NCBI GenBank assembly: GCA_030141605.1
Contig: JAQGDQ010001348.1
Span: forward strand, 1-45,613
Direction of reading: 5' to 3'
From: Tubiluchus corallicola
Lineage: Eukaryota > Animalia > Priapulida
Length of the DNA stretch: 45,613 nucleotides
Shown: positions 23,563 to 36,802 of the stretch, piece after piece
Layout: each line of letters starts with the position of its first letter
How positions within the stretch are numbered: position 1 is the stretch's first letter
Position numbers and translations under genes: made by a program
Notes under the pieces: model-generated
The model's database searches: none
Seen by the model: the letters and a program-made list of their open reading frames with translations, nothing else
What the model was told of the DNA's origin: nothing

Positions 23563-23955
23563 ACTTTGACATTTTACGCACACGAAACTTACTCTAGTCA
23601 AACGCGTACGTTTTGCGGCTTGGTTCAACACTTAAAAATGGCAGCGCTTGTACGTAAACGACTTGATGAAATTTGAAATAGAACTTTTGAAGAAACTGCT
23701 GAGATTAATAACTATGAATGTTTATTATGATCGTATTCATTAAGCACTAATAACAGAAGGTTCAATCAAAGTTTATTTCTGGCGTATTCATAGTGAAAAT
23801 TTGTTTTAGAGCAAAATATCGGTATTGCTATTGCCGATATTAGAACACATCGGCCCAATCACCGATTATGTATCGGATCGACACGTCCATGATACCAAAT
23901 AGGTCCACACCTGCTAGGTAAAGTAGGTAGCATCCTCATTATCACCCATATATAT

Positions 23956-24457
23956 ATTTATAGATACAAGTGGGTTAGCTCTTCTGCTTGGAAGAGGTTG
24001 CAAATCATTTAAATACAGGATAGGTATAACTGATTCAGATCTGTGTGTTTGCGGTTTGGGCAGTCAAACCCCCCAGAACATTTAATTTTTCATTGTCCGT
24101 TACCATTGGTTAGACAAGATATAAGAGTAAATCTCGAGCGCAGCTTAGAATATAATGACATTCGAAACATTTACAGAAAGAGAGACACTAGTGTAATTAA
24201 AATGTATATAGATATTGTAAAAGAACTAACCCAAAATGATCTTACACTAAATTGATTATACATTGATTATAAATATTGGATATATATTTAGAATAAGTAA
24301 ATCGTAATGCAAAATTATCGGCTTGTTTAGTAAGTAATTTATTTAATGTACATAGTGTATAGACTTATTTAACATTTTTGTACTTTTGTGCCCTGCAAAT
24401 AGAGGGCTTTTTGTATAATTTTCAATAAAGATTTTTATTAATATTAATAATAATAAC
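23956..24457 (+). mobile_element. Non-LTR retrotransposon 3' fragment, copy 2
   Basis: Same sequence as 17111-17590. (TAA)n tail. Possible TSD TATCACC on both sides. Confidence 0.8.
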
Positions 24458-25033
24458 TATCACCATTACTAAGCGCTTACTGAAAAATACATCGCATCGT
24501 ATTCAATATGGAGTCCTCCTAACTGTCTTTTGCGCGGGGTAAACATCAAATTCGCATCAAGCTGAATTGCAAAATTTCGATTTGGAATTGAATTTGAATT
24601 CAATTTAAAACATTTTTTAATCACTAATAAGAAGCAGCTTTGCAAAGACTGTGCATATTGGTTGATTTTAGTCTGCAGTAAAATCATGAATAATTTGTCT
24701 TAAAATTTGCGCACAGAAATCACACTAAATTCTGCTTTCCAAAGTTCAAGGCGCTTCAAAACTTTTAATGATAAACAAAATGTGTAGATGAACCAAATCA
24801 TTCGAATCCATAATTCTAGGTTTGAATCGAATTTCAAACAAAAAAAAACTTATTCGAATCGAATTTGAATGGTCGATACTAATTCCCAACTTTTGAGATT
24901 GATGTTCTGTGTCTGGACACACCATATCTTTCTTTGTTTACATGCTAAGTGTCGTTTATTAAATAAAAAAGATTTCGAACTTACACGAATTTGTGAAATA
25001 CTGAAACAAGAAATCATTTCATTGTTCTTCTAG

Positions 25034-25253
25034 GTGCTCCGGCGATCATTGTCGGTTTAGCCGTGGGTTTGAAACCGGACGGCTACGGCAACCGTCAGTT
25101 TTGCTGGCTATCGACCAGCGACGGTTTGATCTGGAGTTTCGCTGGTCCGATCTGCGCCATCGTTGCCATGAACGTCGTAGTTTTCATACTCGCACTTCAA
25201 GTTATGCTCAAGTCGAAGAAAGCAGATCTAGAACATCAGTTTAGCATTGTGAG
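25034..25253 (+). CDS. CELSR: CELSR exon w17: TM4-TM5
   Basis: ttctag|GT...GTGAG|gtgagt. PAIIVGLAVGLKPDGYGNRQFCWLSTSDGLIWSFAGP. Phase 1 to 2. Confidence 0.96.
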
Positions 25254-25619
25254 GTGAGTAGTGCCGTGTTTAGACTATCAGGCATTCCTGATGTTGTGTC
25301 ACTGGTAAGTGACATTCTTTTCTAATATTCCAGATACATGTTAATCAGAGATGTTACCAAAATGTTGCATTTTAATAAATCGTATTGTTCTCGAATACAA
25401 GTGTCTGTGGTGTGTTAGTAGCACTTTAAAACAGATATTCTCGAATACAAGTGTTTGTGGTGTGTTAGTAACACTGAAACTGGAATTATTTGAAAAAAAT
25501 CTTCTCACATGTTATAGTAACTGTTATGCATGTCACAAAATGAAGATAGTACTTTATTCTTTACATTTTTCGGTATTTCTCTTGTATAATTTGTATAAGT
25601 CATATATTACAATATGTTT

Positions 25620-25751
25620 CTTTGTTTATTGTTTCAGTGCCGGTCTAAAACTTGGAGTATTACTTTGTTTATTGTTTCAGTGCCGGTCTAAAACTCGGAG
25701 TATTACTTTGTTTATTGTTTCAGTGCCGGTCTAAAACTCGGAGTATTACTT
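25620..25751 (+). repeat. 43-bp triplication of acceptor plus exon start
   Basis: CTTTGTTTATTGTTTCAG|TGCCGGTCTAAAACT(T/C)GGAGTATTA x3. Possible exon starts at 25638, 25681 and 25724. Confidence 0.95.
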
Positions 25752-25892
25752 CTACCTCTGCTGGTAACAACGCTAGTGTTTGGACTTCTTGCAGTGAACC
25801 AGAATGAACCGGCTTTTCATTATCTGTTTGCAATATTCACTTGCATTATGGGATCGTTTATTCTTGTCTTTCATTGTTTCTTCAATGCCAGG
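25724..25892 (+). CDS. CELSR: CELSR exon w18: TM6-TM7
   Basis: Third acceptor is in frame: SAGLKLGVLLLPLLVTTLVFGLLAVN...FHYLFAIFTCIMGSFILVFHCFFNAR|gtaaga. Phase 2 to 0. Confidence 0.93.
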
Positions 25893-25972
25893 GTAAGAAC
25901 GAGCTTTTCTTTAGCTTATCTAACACGTATTAATTCTGCTCGTATCTAGATTTGTACATATCCTGTATGTAT

Positions 25973-26350
25973 ACAGTAAGTCCTCGCATAACGACTCCCC
26001 TTTTAGCGACGTTCATTTAACGAAGCTGATCATTTGACACCTTTTTTCACTTAACGACGCACGTTTTGTTTTAACGATGATTTTTTTTACTCGGTTCAAA
26101 GCGAATTTTTTTCATCAGCAAAATTTTGACCTAATTTATGCATTAAAACAGACCTATTGCGTTATTCTGTTTTAAAACGACTCTCCGTTTAGTGACGTTT
26201 CGTTTTAACGATGCCAATTATTTGACCCCTTTTTTCATTTAACGACGCACGTTTCATTTTAACGATGATTTTTTTACTTTGCTCTATTGATTAACAAAAT
26301 TTTTACCTGATTTGAAGCATTAAAACAGTGTATATTGCATTATTCTATTC
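25973..26350 (+). mobile_element. Tigger/pogo-like MITE end with an internal duplication
   Basis: TA-CAGTAAGTCCTCGCATAACGAC terminus and repeated TTAACGA subterminal motifs. The second TIR was not found. Confidence 0.5.
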
Positions 26351-27028
26351 TAAAAATACACTAGTGATGTAAATAGCAAAGTAGAATGCATCAGAACTTT
26401 GGTCAAATGTCAATTTTATTTTTTACAAAAATTAATGCTAAAGAAGTTGAGCTTTTATATTCTAGCATCAAATCATCAAGAAAGTGTATAAAAATCCCAT
26501 ATCTACTTTCCTGGCTAGAAACTTTCACTGCAATAGCAAAAAACTCCTTTCAAACTCTGATAGTAACTCATGGAAGCAATCATTTCGGGTGACCAAGTCC
26601 AGATCTTCGTCAGTAGAGCCATCTACTGGATTTAAACACAACTTCAGTGTGTTCTTGCAAAGTCTGTAGGAACCAACATTTGTATGGTTGCTAAGTGTTG
26701 CTAAGCCACAAAAAATAATGGCTGACTTTAACAGTGATTTTTTTTAAGATTATGTTTTCTGGTGCGTAGCCTCCACCCCAACTTTAATGTGGATTATCTT
26801 AGCTTAGAAATAACATAGAGCCATGAACTTGGTATCAAAATGATCCTCACGAAATAGAGAATCAGGATGTGTAAATAACTAGATAAGCTTAATTGCTGAA
26901 TTATGATATGCAAGCACACATAGTTGTTGCACTTCTAACGATTGACTTATAAGTACAGCTAATGAAAATGCAACACATATAAAATCACATGCCACACTCA
27001 CAAACTTTACGATGAAAACACAACAGCA

Positions 27029-27358
27029 ACTTATTTGGAACTTACATTGTCTTAACAGAAATACAATGTCACAGAAACTTATTTGGAACTTACATTGTCT
27101 TAACAGAAATACAATGTCACAGAAACTTATTTGGAACTTACATTGTCTTAACAGAAATACAATGTCACAGAAACTTATTTGGAACTTACATTGTCTTAAC
27201 AGAAATACAATGTCACAGAAACTTATTTGGAACTTACATTGTCTTAACAGAAATACAATGTCACAGAAACTTATTTGGAACTTACATTGTCTTAACAGAA
27301 ATACAATGTCACAGAAACTTATTTGGAACTTACATTGTCTTAACAGAAATACAATGTC
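27029..27358. repeat. 48-bp minisatellite, about 7 identical copies
   Basis: AACTTATTTGGAACTTACATTGTCTTAACAGAAATACAATGTCACAGA. Confidence 0.95.
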
Positions 27359-27519
27359 TAACACACCACAAGCAATTGTGCACAGAAAATGCCGGGTATA
27401 TAAGCAGAGCAGATCAGTACACATAATGAAAGAAAGAATAGCATCTAAGCTGAAACTAAAGTAATTTGAGACAAATGAATGATGTTGTTTTTAAGCGAAT
27501 GACCTGGTACATTACTTAA

Positions 27520-28150
27520 AGAAAACTGGTAACAATGTTCTCTTTAAAATACTGAAACGGAACATACTGTTTTGTTCAAGAACGATTTACGTGAAAGAGT
27601 TATTACCACACAAGCACAATTCTATGTTCGCGCCACTAGTTCTTTGCTTTTACGCACATTTCGTGATTCACTAGTTAGACGGGCACTAGCGCCTGCATTT
27701 CGGAAATGTTTTGCGCAAAAAAACCAGGTATTATACCTCTCATGTCACATGTGTTAGTTTGTGACGAACTGCACACATTCGATAGCTCATGTGTGAGCAC
27801 AGCAATAAATTTGAAATTTGAATTTTGAATTTTTATCTTAAAGCTTGCCTAGTTTTAGCACAACACACGGAATATCTTACAGTTTAAAAAAATGGCGCTG
27901 TACTTTAATTTTCGCTTTCACAAACATGTGCAACATGCTCGTAAAATACTTTTGTTGTTGAAAATTATGTTGGTTTGTGATGTCATCAATAGTTAGGCTC
28001 GCTTGTCGTTAATTAAGATTTTAATCTATTATTTAATTATCGGAAATGCTAATCCAGTATTATTGGTGTTAAATGTGTACTCACGTGCTTGAGAATGGGA
28101 TAGTATATGAAAAATCATCCTGTCTTCCTTTACGTCAAATTTTTTCCCAG
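27520..28150 (-). mobile_element. Inverted copy of the 12420-12910 element family
   Basis: Reverse-complement identity blocks, e.g. GTTTGTGATGTCATCAATAGTTAGGCTC. Confidence 0.75.
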
Positions 28151-28909
28151 TTTTATCCCTGGTTTTTTCCTTTCATCACGTCTTATTTCTTTGTTTGACG
28201 ACCATTTTTTTCACGTCTCGTAATAATCTTATCCTCTGTTTCTTTGCAAGTTCCTAAAGACTGTATTTAATGGTTCTACAGTGCTTTTGTATTTTCGTGG
28301 CAGTGGCCGGGATGAGAATATTCCGCAGATACGTGGAATTCGGAGTTTTTGGAAGACCAGTAGTGCCATTTTTGTGAATCGCGTAAATTCGTTGAGAAAA
28401 TTTTATGGACACAGTACATTATTTCACAAGCTGACCGCTAGTTGGCAGGCCGTCACATTGTTTACATCACGTACATCAATGTAACCACGTGTATATCTCT
28501 ATGTATAAAAATACAGAATCAATTGTGCGGAGTTATTTGAGTCAATTGCAGACAGTTTTTATATACTTTTGCATAAGAGCGGCCAGTACTTAGGCATTTT
28601 TGAGACAATTAGGTATCATGTATCCTTGATAGTTGGGTATTTTAAATTATGCATGAAACAAGGTAATTGATATTCTAAGTCCACTTAGAGGCTCTGTATG
28701 GTCACAAAATTGCAATTTGTTGCTGGCTCCAAGGGGGCTCCCTTGAACCCCATTGGGGGCCTAGGTGGCCCCAAAACCCCCGGCCTGTTTCAGAGTTTTT
28801 TGCAATTTGTCATTCTCATCCTTGCAGTGGCAGCGGTGACATTTGTTGATGACCACGTTTCGGGTTTTCTTTCGTACTCACAATGAAAGTTCTGATCGTA
28901 CAATTACAG

Positions 28910-29094
28910 GTGCGGTCCGAGTTACAGAAACAATGGGACGTTTGCCGTGGGCGGAAGTCCGCATTCGACTCGGAGGAAGGTAACGGCAATCGGACGCAAC
29001 GGTCCGCACTGGCTTATCACAATCACGGATTAGACGGTATGAAACGGATCAACATTGGAGTTTCTACAAACTCCACAACATCCAGGTCAACCAG
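28910..29094 (+). CDS. CELSR: CELSR exon w19: helix 8 and proximal cytoplasmic tail
   Basis: ttacag|GTG...ACCAG|gtaaaa. VRSELQKQW...RSALAYH...RINIGVSTNSTTSRST. Phase 0 to 2. Confidence 0.9.
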
Positions 29095-30158
29095 GTAAAA
29101 CGGATTTCATCGTAACGTTTCTCATTTAGCTGTTGCACCAAACTTAGCAAGGTTAATGACTCAAATATGCATGGTCCGTGGTTCAATTCTGTGTTAATTC
29201 TGTACTTTTTTGTACGGTGAATAGTGGTTCCCTCTGTCAGGAAAAATCCCGAAACATTCCTGAAAATACAGCCTATTCTGAAAAGTCAGGGGAAAAGATG
29301 ATTTGATAAAAAATTGGGAAAATGATGAAAATGGGGCGAAAAGTCAGGAAAATTGGAAAGTTTTGCAAAAATAATCATCACCGTGAACCGATATTTTTCC
29401 AAAAATATTTTTCAGCGATTCGTGTTCAAAAAATAAAATTTTGCTACGGCAGGCTCCCAGTTTCGATTTCTGTTCCAAAAATAATGATTGGCCGACACAT
29501 TATATATCAGTATATGTGTGAATGTCCATACACAAAAATGTGTATGGTAATGTTTACTGTTAGTACAATTTCTGCTTATCTTGGTCATGGAAAATCAATA
29601 TTTGGTCAGGGAAAAGTCAGGGAAGTTTATTTTAAAATACCCCATTACCTGTGTACCTCAGTCGTACCAGCAAAATGTGATTTTTAAAACTGCTATCGAT
29701 TTTTGTAACTGATGCTTAACCTATTTATCTGAAGAACAGAAATTTATAATTTCAAACTGTAGAACAATTTGCCATTACAGCTAGTTTATATTGATTATCT
29801 GATTTTTTTGAATAAGGGCCAAAAATTGAGCTTGTAGAGCAACTCAATCAACCAATCAATCAATCAATTTATTTCACTCCAGCAATACAATGTTCTGCAA
29901 ACATTGACCTATGGAAAAATGTATGCAAGATACAAGTAAACGAGAACGTTAGATTACGAGAACAAACGATGCTAGAAAAATGAATGAATCAATCAATCTA
30001 TTTATTTCACTCCAGCAGTACATATACAATACATCAACATACAATAGTATTGAAAAAAAGGAACAGTATAGGTAAAAAAACGTTGATGAAGTCAAATTAA
30101 CCAAATAAAAGAGTTGCTGTATGACACCTTGAAAGCTTGGCTTGTTAAGGTGGCACAA

Positions 30159-31158
30159 ATGAGTGAATGAAAGAATGGTTAGGGTTAGTAGACATGATGG
30201 AATGAAAAAAATAGTAAGATTAGGGAGAGGAAGAAGGAAGGGAGGGGAGGATGAGTGAATGAAAGAATGGTTAGGGTTAGTAGACATGATGGAATGGAAA
30301 AAATAGTAAGATTAGGGATAGGAAGAAGGAAGGGAGGGGAGGATGAGTGAATGAAAGAATGGTTAGGGTTAGTAGACATGATGGAATGGAAAAAATAGTA
30401 AGATTAGGGATAGGAAGAAGGAAGGGAGGGGAGGATGAGTGAATGAAAGAACAGTTAGGGTTAGTAGACATGATGGAATGGAAAAAATAGTAAGATTAGG
30501 GATAGGAAGAAGGAAGGGAGGGGAGGATGAGTGAATGAAAGAATGGTTAGGGTTAGTAGACATGATGGAATGGAAAAAATAGTAAGATTAGGGATAGGAA
30601 GAAGGAAGGGAGGGGAGGATGAGTGAATGAAAGAATGGTTAGGGTTAGTAGACATGATGGAATGGAAAAAATAGTAAGATTAGAGATAGGAAGAAGGAAG
30701 GGAGGGGAGGATGAGCGAATGAAAGAATGGTTAGGGTTAGTAGACATGATGAAATGGAAAAAATAGTAAGATTAGGGATAGGAAGAAGGAAGGGAGGGGA
30801 GGATGAGTGAATGAAAGAATGGTTAGGGTTAGTAGACATGATGGAATGGAAAAATAGTAAGATTAGGGATAGGAAGAAGGAAGGGAGGGGAGGATGAGTG
30901 AATGAAAGAATGGTTAGGGTTAGTAGACATGATGGAATGAAAAAAATAGTAAGATTAGGGAGAGGAAGAAGGAAGGGAGGGGAGGATGAGTGAATGAAAG
31001 AATGGTTAGGGTTAGTAGACATGATGGAATGGAAAAAATAGTAAGATTAGAGATAGGAAGAAGGAAGGGAGGGGAGGATGAGTGAATGAAAGAATGGTTA
31101 GGGTTAGTAGACATGATGAAATGGAAAAAATAGTAAGATTAGAGATAGGAAGAAGGAA
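30159..31158. repeat. 92-bp purine-rich minisatellite, about 11 copies
   Basis: Period 92 (staggered identical minus-strand ORFs). Contains GGTTAGGGTTAG and GGAAGGGAGGGGAGG. Confidence 0.95.
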
Positions 31159-31597
31159 AAGAGGAGAAGAAACGACCACAGTGTATGTTTAATTTACATA
31201 GAGGTATATTAAAATAGCATTATAATTGATTGGAGGCCATACATTGTTAGGAAACTCATTCTTGTTATAAACATTGTGATTGGTCACATTTATTGTGCAT
31301 TTTATTATGTATTTTAAAATGAAATTGCTTTTAATATGAACAGTTTACATGTATAAATTTCATTATTCAATATTTACTTTTCTAACTCACGACATTTTGT
31401 TGTTTAGATAATATCTCTATATACATGTAATGCAAATGGAATCAGCTTTACTGTAAAAGGCAATAGAGATAAACTTTATTATTATTTAGAGAATAAAAAT
31501 TTTAGCAATGTATATGTGTACCTGCAGATAGCGGACATGTTTACTCTAGTTTAAGTTCCAAATTTTGAAATCGTTTTTCGTTTTTCACTATTTAAAT

Positions 31598-32030
31598 CAG
31601 GGGTGTGCAAACTGCGGCCCGCGGGCCACTAGCGGGCCGCCGAGAGATCTTGTACCCCGCGAACAGGTTTGTCAACGTAATGAAAGTGCGGCCCATGCGC
31701 GATCCAGCTGAAGTCTGCGCCAATATCGCAAAGATAGTGCGGGTAGTTTTTTCCTCTAGGTCGGATGGCATAAACCCTTACAAGATCGTTGTCACTTAAT
31801 GTCACTGTCGGACATGACGAAATATATGGTTTTTAATATAAATTTTAATAACTTGTAAAATAGTTTCTTGAGTGTAGTAGTGCAGTAGTAATGATGTGCG
31901 CAAATCGGATGCAAAAAAATCGTTATTAGGTCCTACTGTACTTGGCTCCTTGACCAAACTGCATGTGGCCCACAGGAATTGCGGGAAAGTTTAATGTGGC
32001 CCGGCTAGTCAGATAATTTGCACACCCCTG
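31598..32030 (-). mobile_element. hAT-like MITE, inverted and diverged copy
   Basis: CAGGGGTGTGCAAA...TTTGCACACCCCTG. 8-bp TSD ATTTAAAT/ACTTAAAT (7/8). Confidence 0.85.
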
Positions 32031-32453
32031 ACTTAAATAATTCAAAATATTGTTAAAACTAATTCAGTAATTGCCGCTTTTTTGTAAGTTCGATCGAGTT
32101 TTCATTTCCATGTTTAAAATTTCAAGATACAATTTTTTAATTTCGTATTAATTGCAGAATAGTATCCCAGTATTCAAATTATTGTTGTTACGTATTACTG
32201 CGCCAAACCATGTGGCCAGTAAAGTAGTTCGGCAACATCATGACAGGTTTATCTTCTGTGATTATTTCATGTAAAAAAACGGCAGTTTAGTGTGCAGGCA
32301 TTTAGACCTCCATGTGGAAGGTTCAAGGTTCAATTCCATGTTCATGTAATACTTTTTCCAATTATTCATACCAGTATGATGTCATATTTAAAAAAACCAC
32401 TTATGTTAACATTTGTCAACATTTTATTTCACTGTTATTTTTGTTATTTTCAG

Positions 32454-32617
32454 TAAAACAGGCAGCTTGACCCGCCTGTACGGTCCTGATGCTGCGCTAC
32501 GGAATACCTCAACATCGACGTCCGGTCAACTACCGGTGTTGACGGAGCGTAGAGGTCAGACGCCCGGCTACCACGGCTCACCGGCTTTTCACAATAATAA
32601 ACCCGTGAATGTTGACG
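32454..32617 (+). CDS. CELSR: CELSR exon w20: cytoplasmic tail
   Basis: tttcag|T...GACG|gtaagt. SKTGSLTRLYGPDAALRNTSTSTSG... GC-rich island. Phase 2 to 1. Confidence 0.85.
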
Positions 32618-32656
32618 GTAAGTTTGTCGTCTTGTTTATTAGACAAAAACGCTATT

Positions 32657-33992
32657 GCAATTACATACACGGATATATTACTTACAATTACACTGATATA
32701 TTACATACAATTACACGGATATATTACTTACAATTACACTGATATATTACATACAATTACACGGATATATTACTTACAATTACACTGATATATTACATAC
32801 AATTACACAGATATATTACATACAATTACACAGATATATTACATACAATTACACGGATATATTACATACAATTACACGGATATATTACATACAATTACAC
32901 GGATATATTACATACAATTACACGGATATATTACATACAATTACACAGATATATTACATACAATTACACGGTTATATTACATACAATTACACGGATATAT
33001 TACATACAATTACACGGATATATTACATACAATTACACGGATATATTACATACAATTACACAGATATATTACATACAATTACACAGATATATTACATACA
33101 ATTACACAGATATATTACATACACAGATATATTACTTACAATTACACTGATATATTACATACAATTACACAGATATATTACATACAATTACACAGATATA
33201 TTACATACAATTACACGGATATATTACATACAATTACACAGATATATTACATACAATTACACAGATATATTACATACAATTACACAGATATATTACATAC
33301 AATTACACGGATATATTACATACAATTACACGGATATATTACATACAATTACACGGATATATTACATACAATTACACAGATATATTACATACAATTACAC
33401 AGATATATTACATACAATTACACAGATATATTACATACAATTACACGGATATATTACATACAATTACACGGATATATTACATACAATTACACAGATATAT
33501 TACATACAATTACACGGATATATTACATACAATTACACAGATATATTACATACAATTACACGGATATATTACATACAATTACACAGATATATTACATACA
33601 ATTACACGGATATATTACATACAATTACACGGATATATTACATACAATTACACGGATATATTACATACAATTACACAGATATATTACATACAATTACACA
33701 GATATATTACATACAATTACACGGATATATTACATACAATTACACAGATATATTACATACAATTACACAGATATATTACATACAATTACACGGATATATT
33801 ACATACAATTACACGGATATATTACATACAATTACACAGATATATTACATACAATTACACGGATATATTACATACAATTACACAGATATATTACATACAA
33901 TTACACGGATATATTACATACAATTACACGGATATATTACATACAATTACACGGATATATTACATACAATTACACAGATATATTACTTACAA
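32657..33992. repeat. 23-bp minisatellite (ATTACAC(G/A)GATATATTACATACA), about 58 copies
   Basis: Direct reading. Confidence 0.95.
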
Positions 33993-34029
33993 TTTCACAA
34001 ACTGAAGACAAAATGACAACAATTACTCA

Positions 34030-34175
34030 TCTAGTGTTAGTGCGTCTGCTTTCCGTCTGGGAGGTCGTGAGTTCGAACCAGCGGCCGGGTCATACCAAAG
34101 ATTTTAAAAATGGTACCTGCTGTTGCCCTGCCTGACGCGTGGTATTTAGGGTAAAAGTGGGGTAATAATAGTCTC
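34030..34175 (+). mobile_element. tRNA-derived SINE fragment
   Basis: Pol III B-box GAGTTCGAACC followed by a GGGTCATACCAAAGA...AAAAATGGTAC core. No full tRNA cloverleaf. Confidence 0.65.
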
Positions 34176-34254
34176 TAATTGTAGGTTGTTATTTACAGTC
34201 AGCGATAATTGAGCTAATGTTAGTTGTTGATCCACAAGCCGACTTTAAATAAAG

Positions 34255-34322
<68 letters not shown>

Positions 34323-34325
34323 TAC

Positions 34326-34367
<42 letters not shown>

Positions 34368-34374
34368 TTTTTTT

Positions 34375-34423
<49 letters not shown>

Positions 34424-34424
34424 C

Positions 34425-34465
<41 letters not shown>

Positions 34466-34466
34466 C

Positions 34467-34519
<53 letters not shown>

Positions 34520-34521
34520 TT
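34255..34521. repeat. (TTA)n microsatellite
   Basis: Direct reading. Confidence 0.95.
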
Positions 34522-34587
34522 GCACAATAATAATAAAAATATATAAGACTCAATACTCAGTGACGGTTTCGCTCATTTTTTAAATAG

Positions 34588-34824
34588 ATCCGGATACGGG
34601 CGAGATAGCGCATCACAATCACCAACGTCGGCGGTTAGAGAGCGAGTCCGAAGCTTCCGAAGATGATCTCCAGGTGGCCTCGAGTCATTCCTCTGACGAG
34701 GAGAAACGGAACAAGTGGAAGAGCAAACCGGGAAAGTACGGAGGCAGCGGACAAGTGGTGATACCTCCCCTTACGAGGACGTACGGAGTCGTGGCACCGA
34801 GTCCTCTACATAGCACCCCTTCTG
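34588..34824 (+). CDS. CELSR: CELSR exon w21: Ser/acidic motif of the cytoplasmic tail
   Basis: aaatag|AT...TCTG|gtaaga. ESESEASEDDLQVASSHSSDEE matches the CELSR/Flamingo ASSHSSD motif. Phase 1 to 1. Confidence 0.92.
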
Positions 34825-35480
34825 GTAAGAACGTAAAAATGATTATATTACATTTTTGTTGACTAGGTATTGTAATCCAAAGGTACCGAGTTCAAGTCCC
34901 AGTTTAGTCTTAACTTTTCTATCGGAAATTCAATTATTGTTACTTCAAAAATCGTTAACTAAGTTTAATAATCATTAATGATAATATTCAGTTAATTAAC
35001 TTTTTTAGTATCTTGGCGTTTTATAACAAATTTTAAAATGCTGATGCACTTAGTACTAAAATTGCTTAAGTATTCATTAAAGTGTGTTAAGTTAACACAG
35101 TTTCTTTTCTTTCCTGCTTTCTTCTTTGTTTTCTTCTTTTGTCCATGACATGCACATGATTTTATCGAACCCACGTATTCTAGCAAATTTGGGAAAAATT
35201 GGCAGGCAGAAATTAGTGGACGGTGAAATGACTGAGATTTCTGATTTACAAAAAATAATCGTCAAAAACTGAATGACCTTTGACATGTTCACAATTTCTG
35301 TGTGAAACAAAAGTTTGATGACAAAAGTTTACAGTGTGTCAGCGCTCTAATCTAATGTCAGATCAGAATTGTTAAATGTAATGCCATCATTTTAAGTTAC
35401 TAAGTTGTCTCTTTTGCAACTTTGTTAGTATAGTAATCTTGTGCTGACATCTGTTGAGTAACTTTGAAAATGTTGTCCAG

Positions 35481-35669
35481 GTTCACTAGCACGTGGTACG
35501 TCCACCGGATTAAGATACCCGGACACTAGTTCTCCGCACAAGCAAATATCCGGAGCTCCGCTGCCGCGACCGAGATTATGGGTGCCAGATGGCGCTTCGG
35601 CCGTCATGCAGCGGACCGAGTCGCGGTCATCGGCCGACGGGAAAGTGAAGACGCCGGTCAGTGATATAG
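35481..35669 (+). CDS. CELSR: CELSR exon w22: cytoplasmic tail
   Basis: gtccag|GT...ATAG|gtgggt. Open and GC-rich (GSLARGTSTGLRYPD...KTPVSDI). Phase 1 to 1. Confidence 0.8.
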
Positions 35670-35763
35670 GTGGGTCTTGAGAGTAAACATTTGGTACCCG
35701 TCCTGCCAATTGCAGATAAAGTAGAAATGTATTGATTTGTCATGATACTCTTTGTCAATTTCT

Positions 35764-36033
35764 GTCATCATCGTCATCATCATCATCAACAATATGCATT
35801 ATCATCTTCATCATTATCATTATTCATTATTATTGTCGTCATCATCACCATCCATCTTCATCATCATCATCATCATGCATTATCATCGTCATTTTCATTT
35901 TATCATCATCATCATTGAGATTATGCAGTATCATCATCATCATCATCAAGATCATGCATTATCGTCATCATCATCATCATCATCATTATTCATCATCATT
36001 GTCATCATCAACATCATGCATTATCATCATCAT
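35764..36033. repeat. Degenerate (CAT)n microsatellite
   Basis: Direct reading. Confidence 0.9.
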
Positions 36034-36462
36034 TTTCACTAGCCCATTACGTCTTTTGTGCATTCAAGACTGGTCATTCGCAGCAATAATCCAGCAAAAT
36101 ACTAGACACTGCCATGCCAGTGGCTTGTCAGCACCACTTCCAGAAATATGCAGCAAGGCAATTTTTTAAGAAACCACGTGTAAAATCAATTACTTTTTAA
36201 AGATTTGTCTTTTTGCATGTTGCAAACTTGATGTTACGAACTCGATGTAATGAAACGTCATGAAAATTTGGGGGGGGGAATCGATAATTTTTTTTATTTG
36301 CAAAAGTGATTTTGTATTGATTTTTTAAATTCACTGAAGATTGTAGTAACAATTGAAAATTCTCTTGCCTCAACATTTGAAACATTAAAACCGTATTCAT
36401 TGATAATACTGCCGTCTCTTTTGCAAAGCTGTGCAATCATTAAATCTTGTTTTTCCTTCCAG

Positions 36463-36616
36463 ACATAGACGACCGCTTACATTCGAATCCAAGACAGGAA
36501 ACCTTTTCAAACGGTGATATGAGCGGCAAGCACTTACCTCAGTCTGTGTCGAGTGCGGCTCGCTCACGATTACCAATCTACGCTCTGACACAAGATGGCG
36601 TAGAGTCGGACTCGGA
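36463..36616 (+). CDS. CELSR: CELSR exon w23: tail ending in SDS(E/D); read-through stops at 36618-36620
   Basis: ttccag|AC...TCGGA|gtaagt. DIDDRLHSNP...QDGVESDS. Phase 1 to 2. Confidence 0.82.
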
Positions 36617-36802
36617 GTAAGTTTGGCAACGAATTATCGATTTTTCATGATCTTAATTTCATCAGCGCCTGACTATTTTTCTTCGTTTTCAGATAATTTC
36701 TTCTTTTCTTCAAACTTTGTTTCAAATATTTTGAAATTGTTGTTATCAACAATAGTATTAATTCTATCATTAATACGTTTATCGGTGATATTTTTAACTA
36801 CC

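Noticed and set aside
26879-27464. Repetitive 150-181-aa ORFs on both strands
   Set aside because: The 48-bp minisatellite has a unit length divisible by 3, and no exon is needed here.
29949-31114. Series of similar 64-aa minus-strand ORFs
   Set aside because: Artefact of the 92-bp minisatellite.
34030-34100. tRNA gene
   Set aside because: Only the B-box and T-arm are recognisable, followed by a SINE-like core. No acceptor stem.
34189-34583. Poly-Asn/Tyr/Ile ORFs (and similar ORFs at 22163 and 35732)
   Set aside because: Trinucleotide microsatellites.
35425-35709. Minus-strand 94-aa ORF
   Set aside because: Antisense shadow of GC-rich CELSR exon w22.
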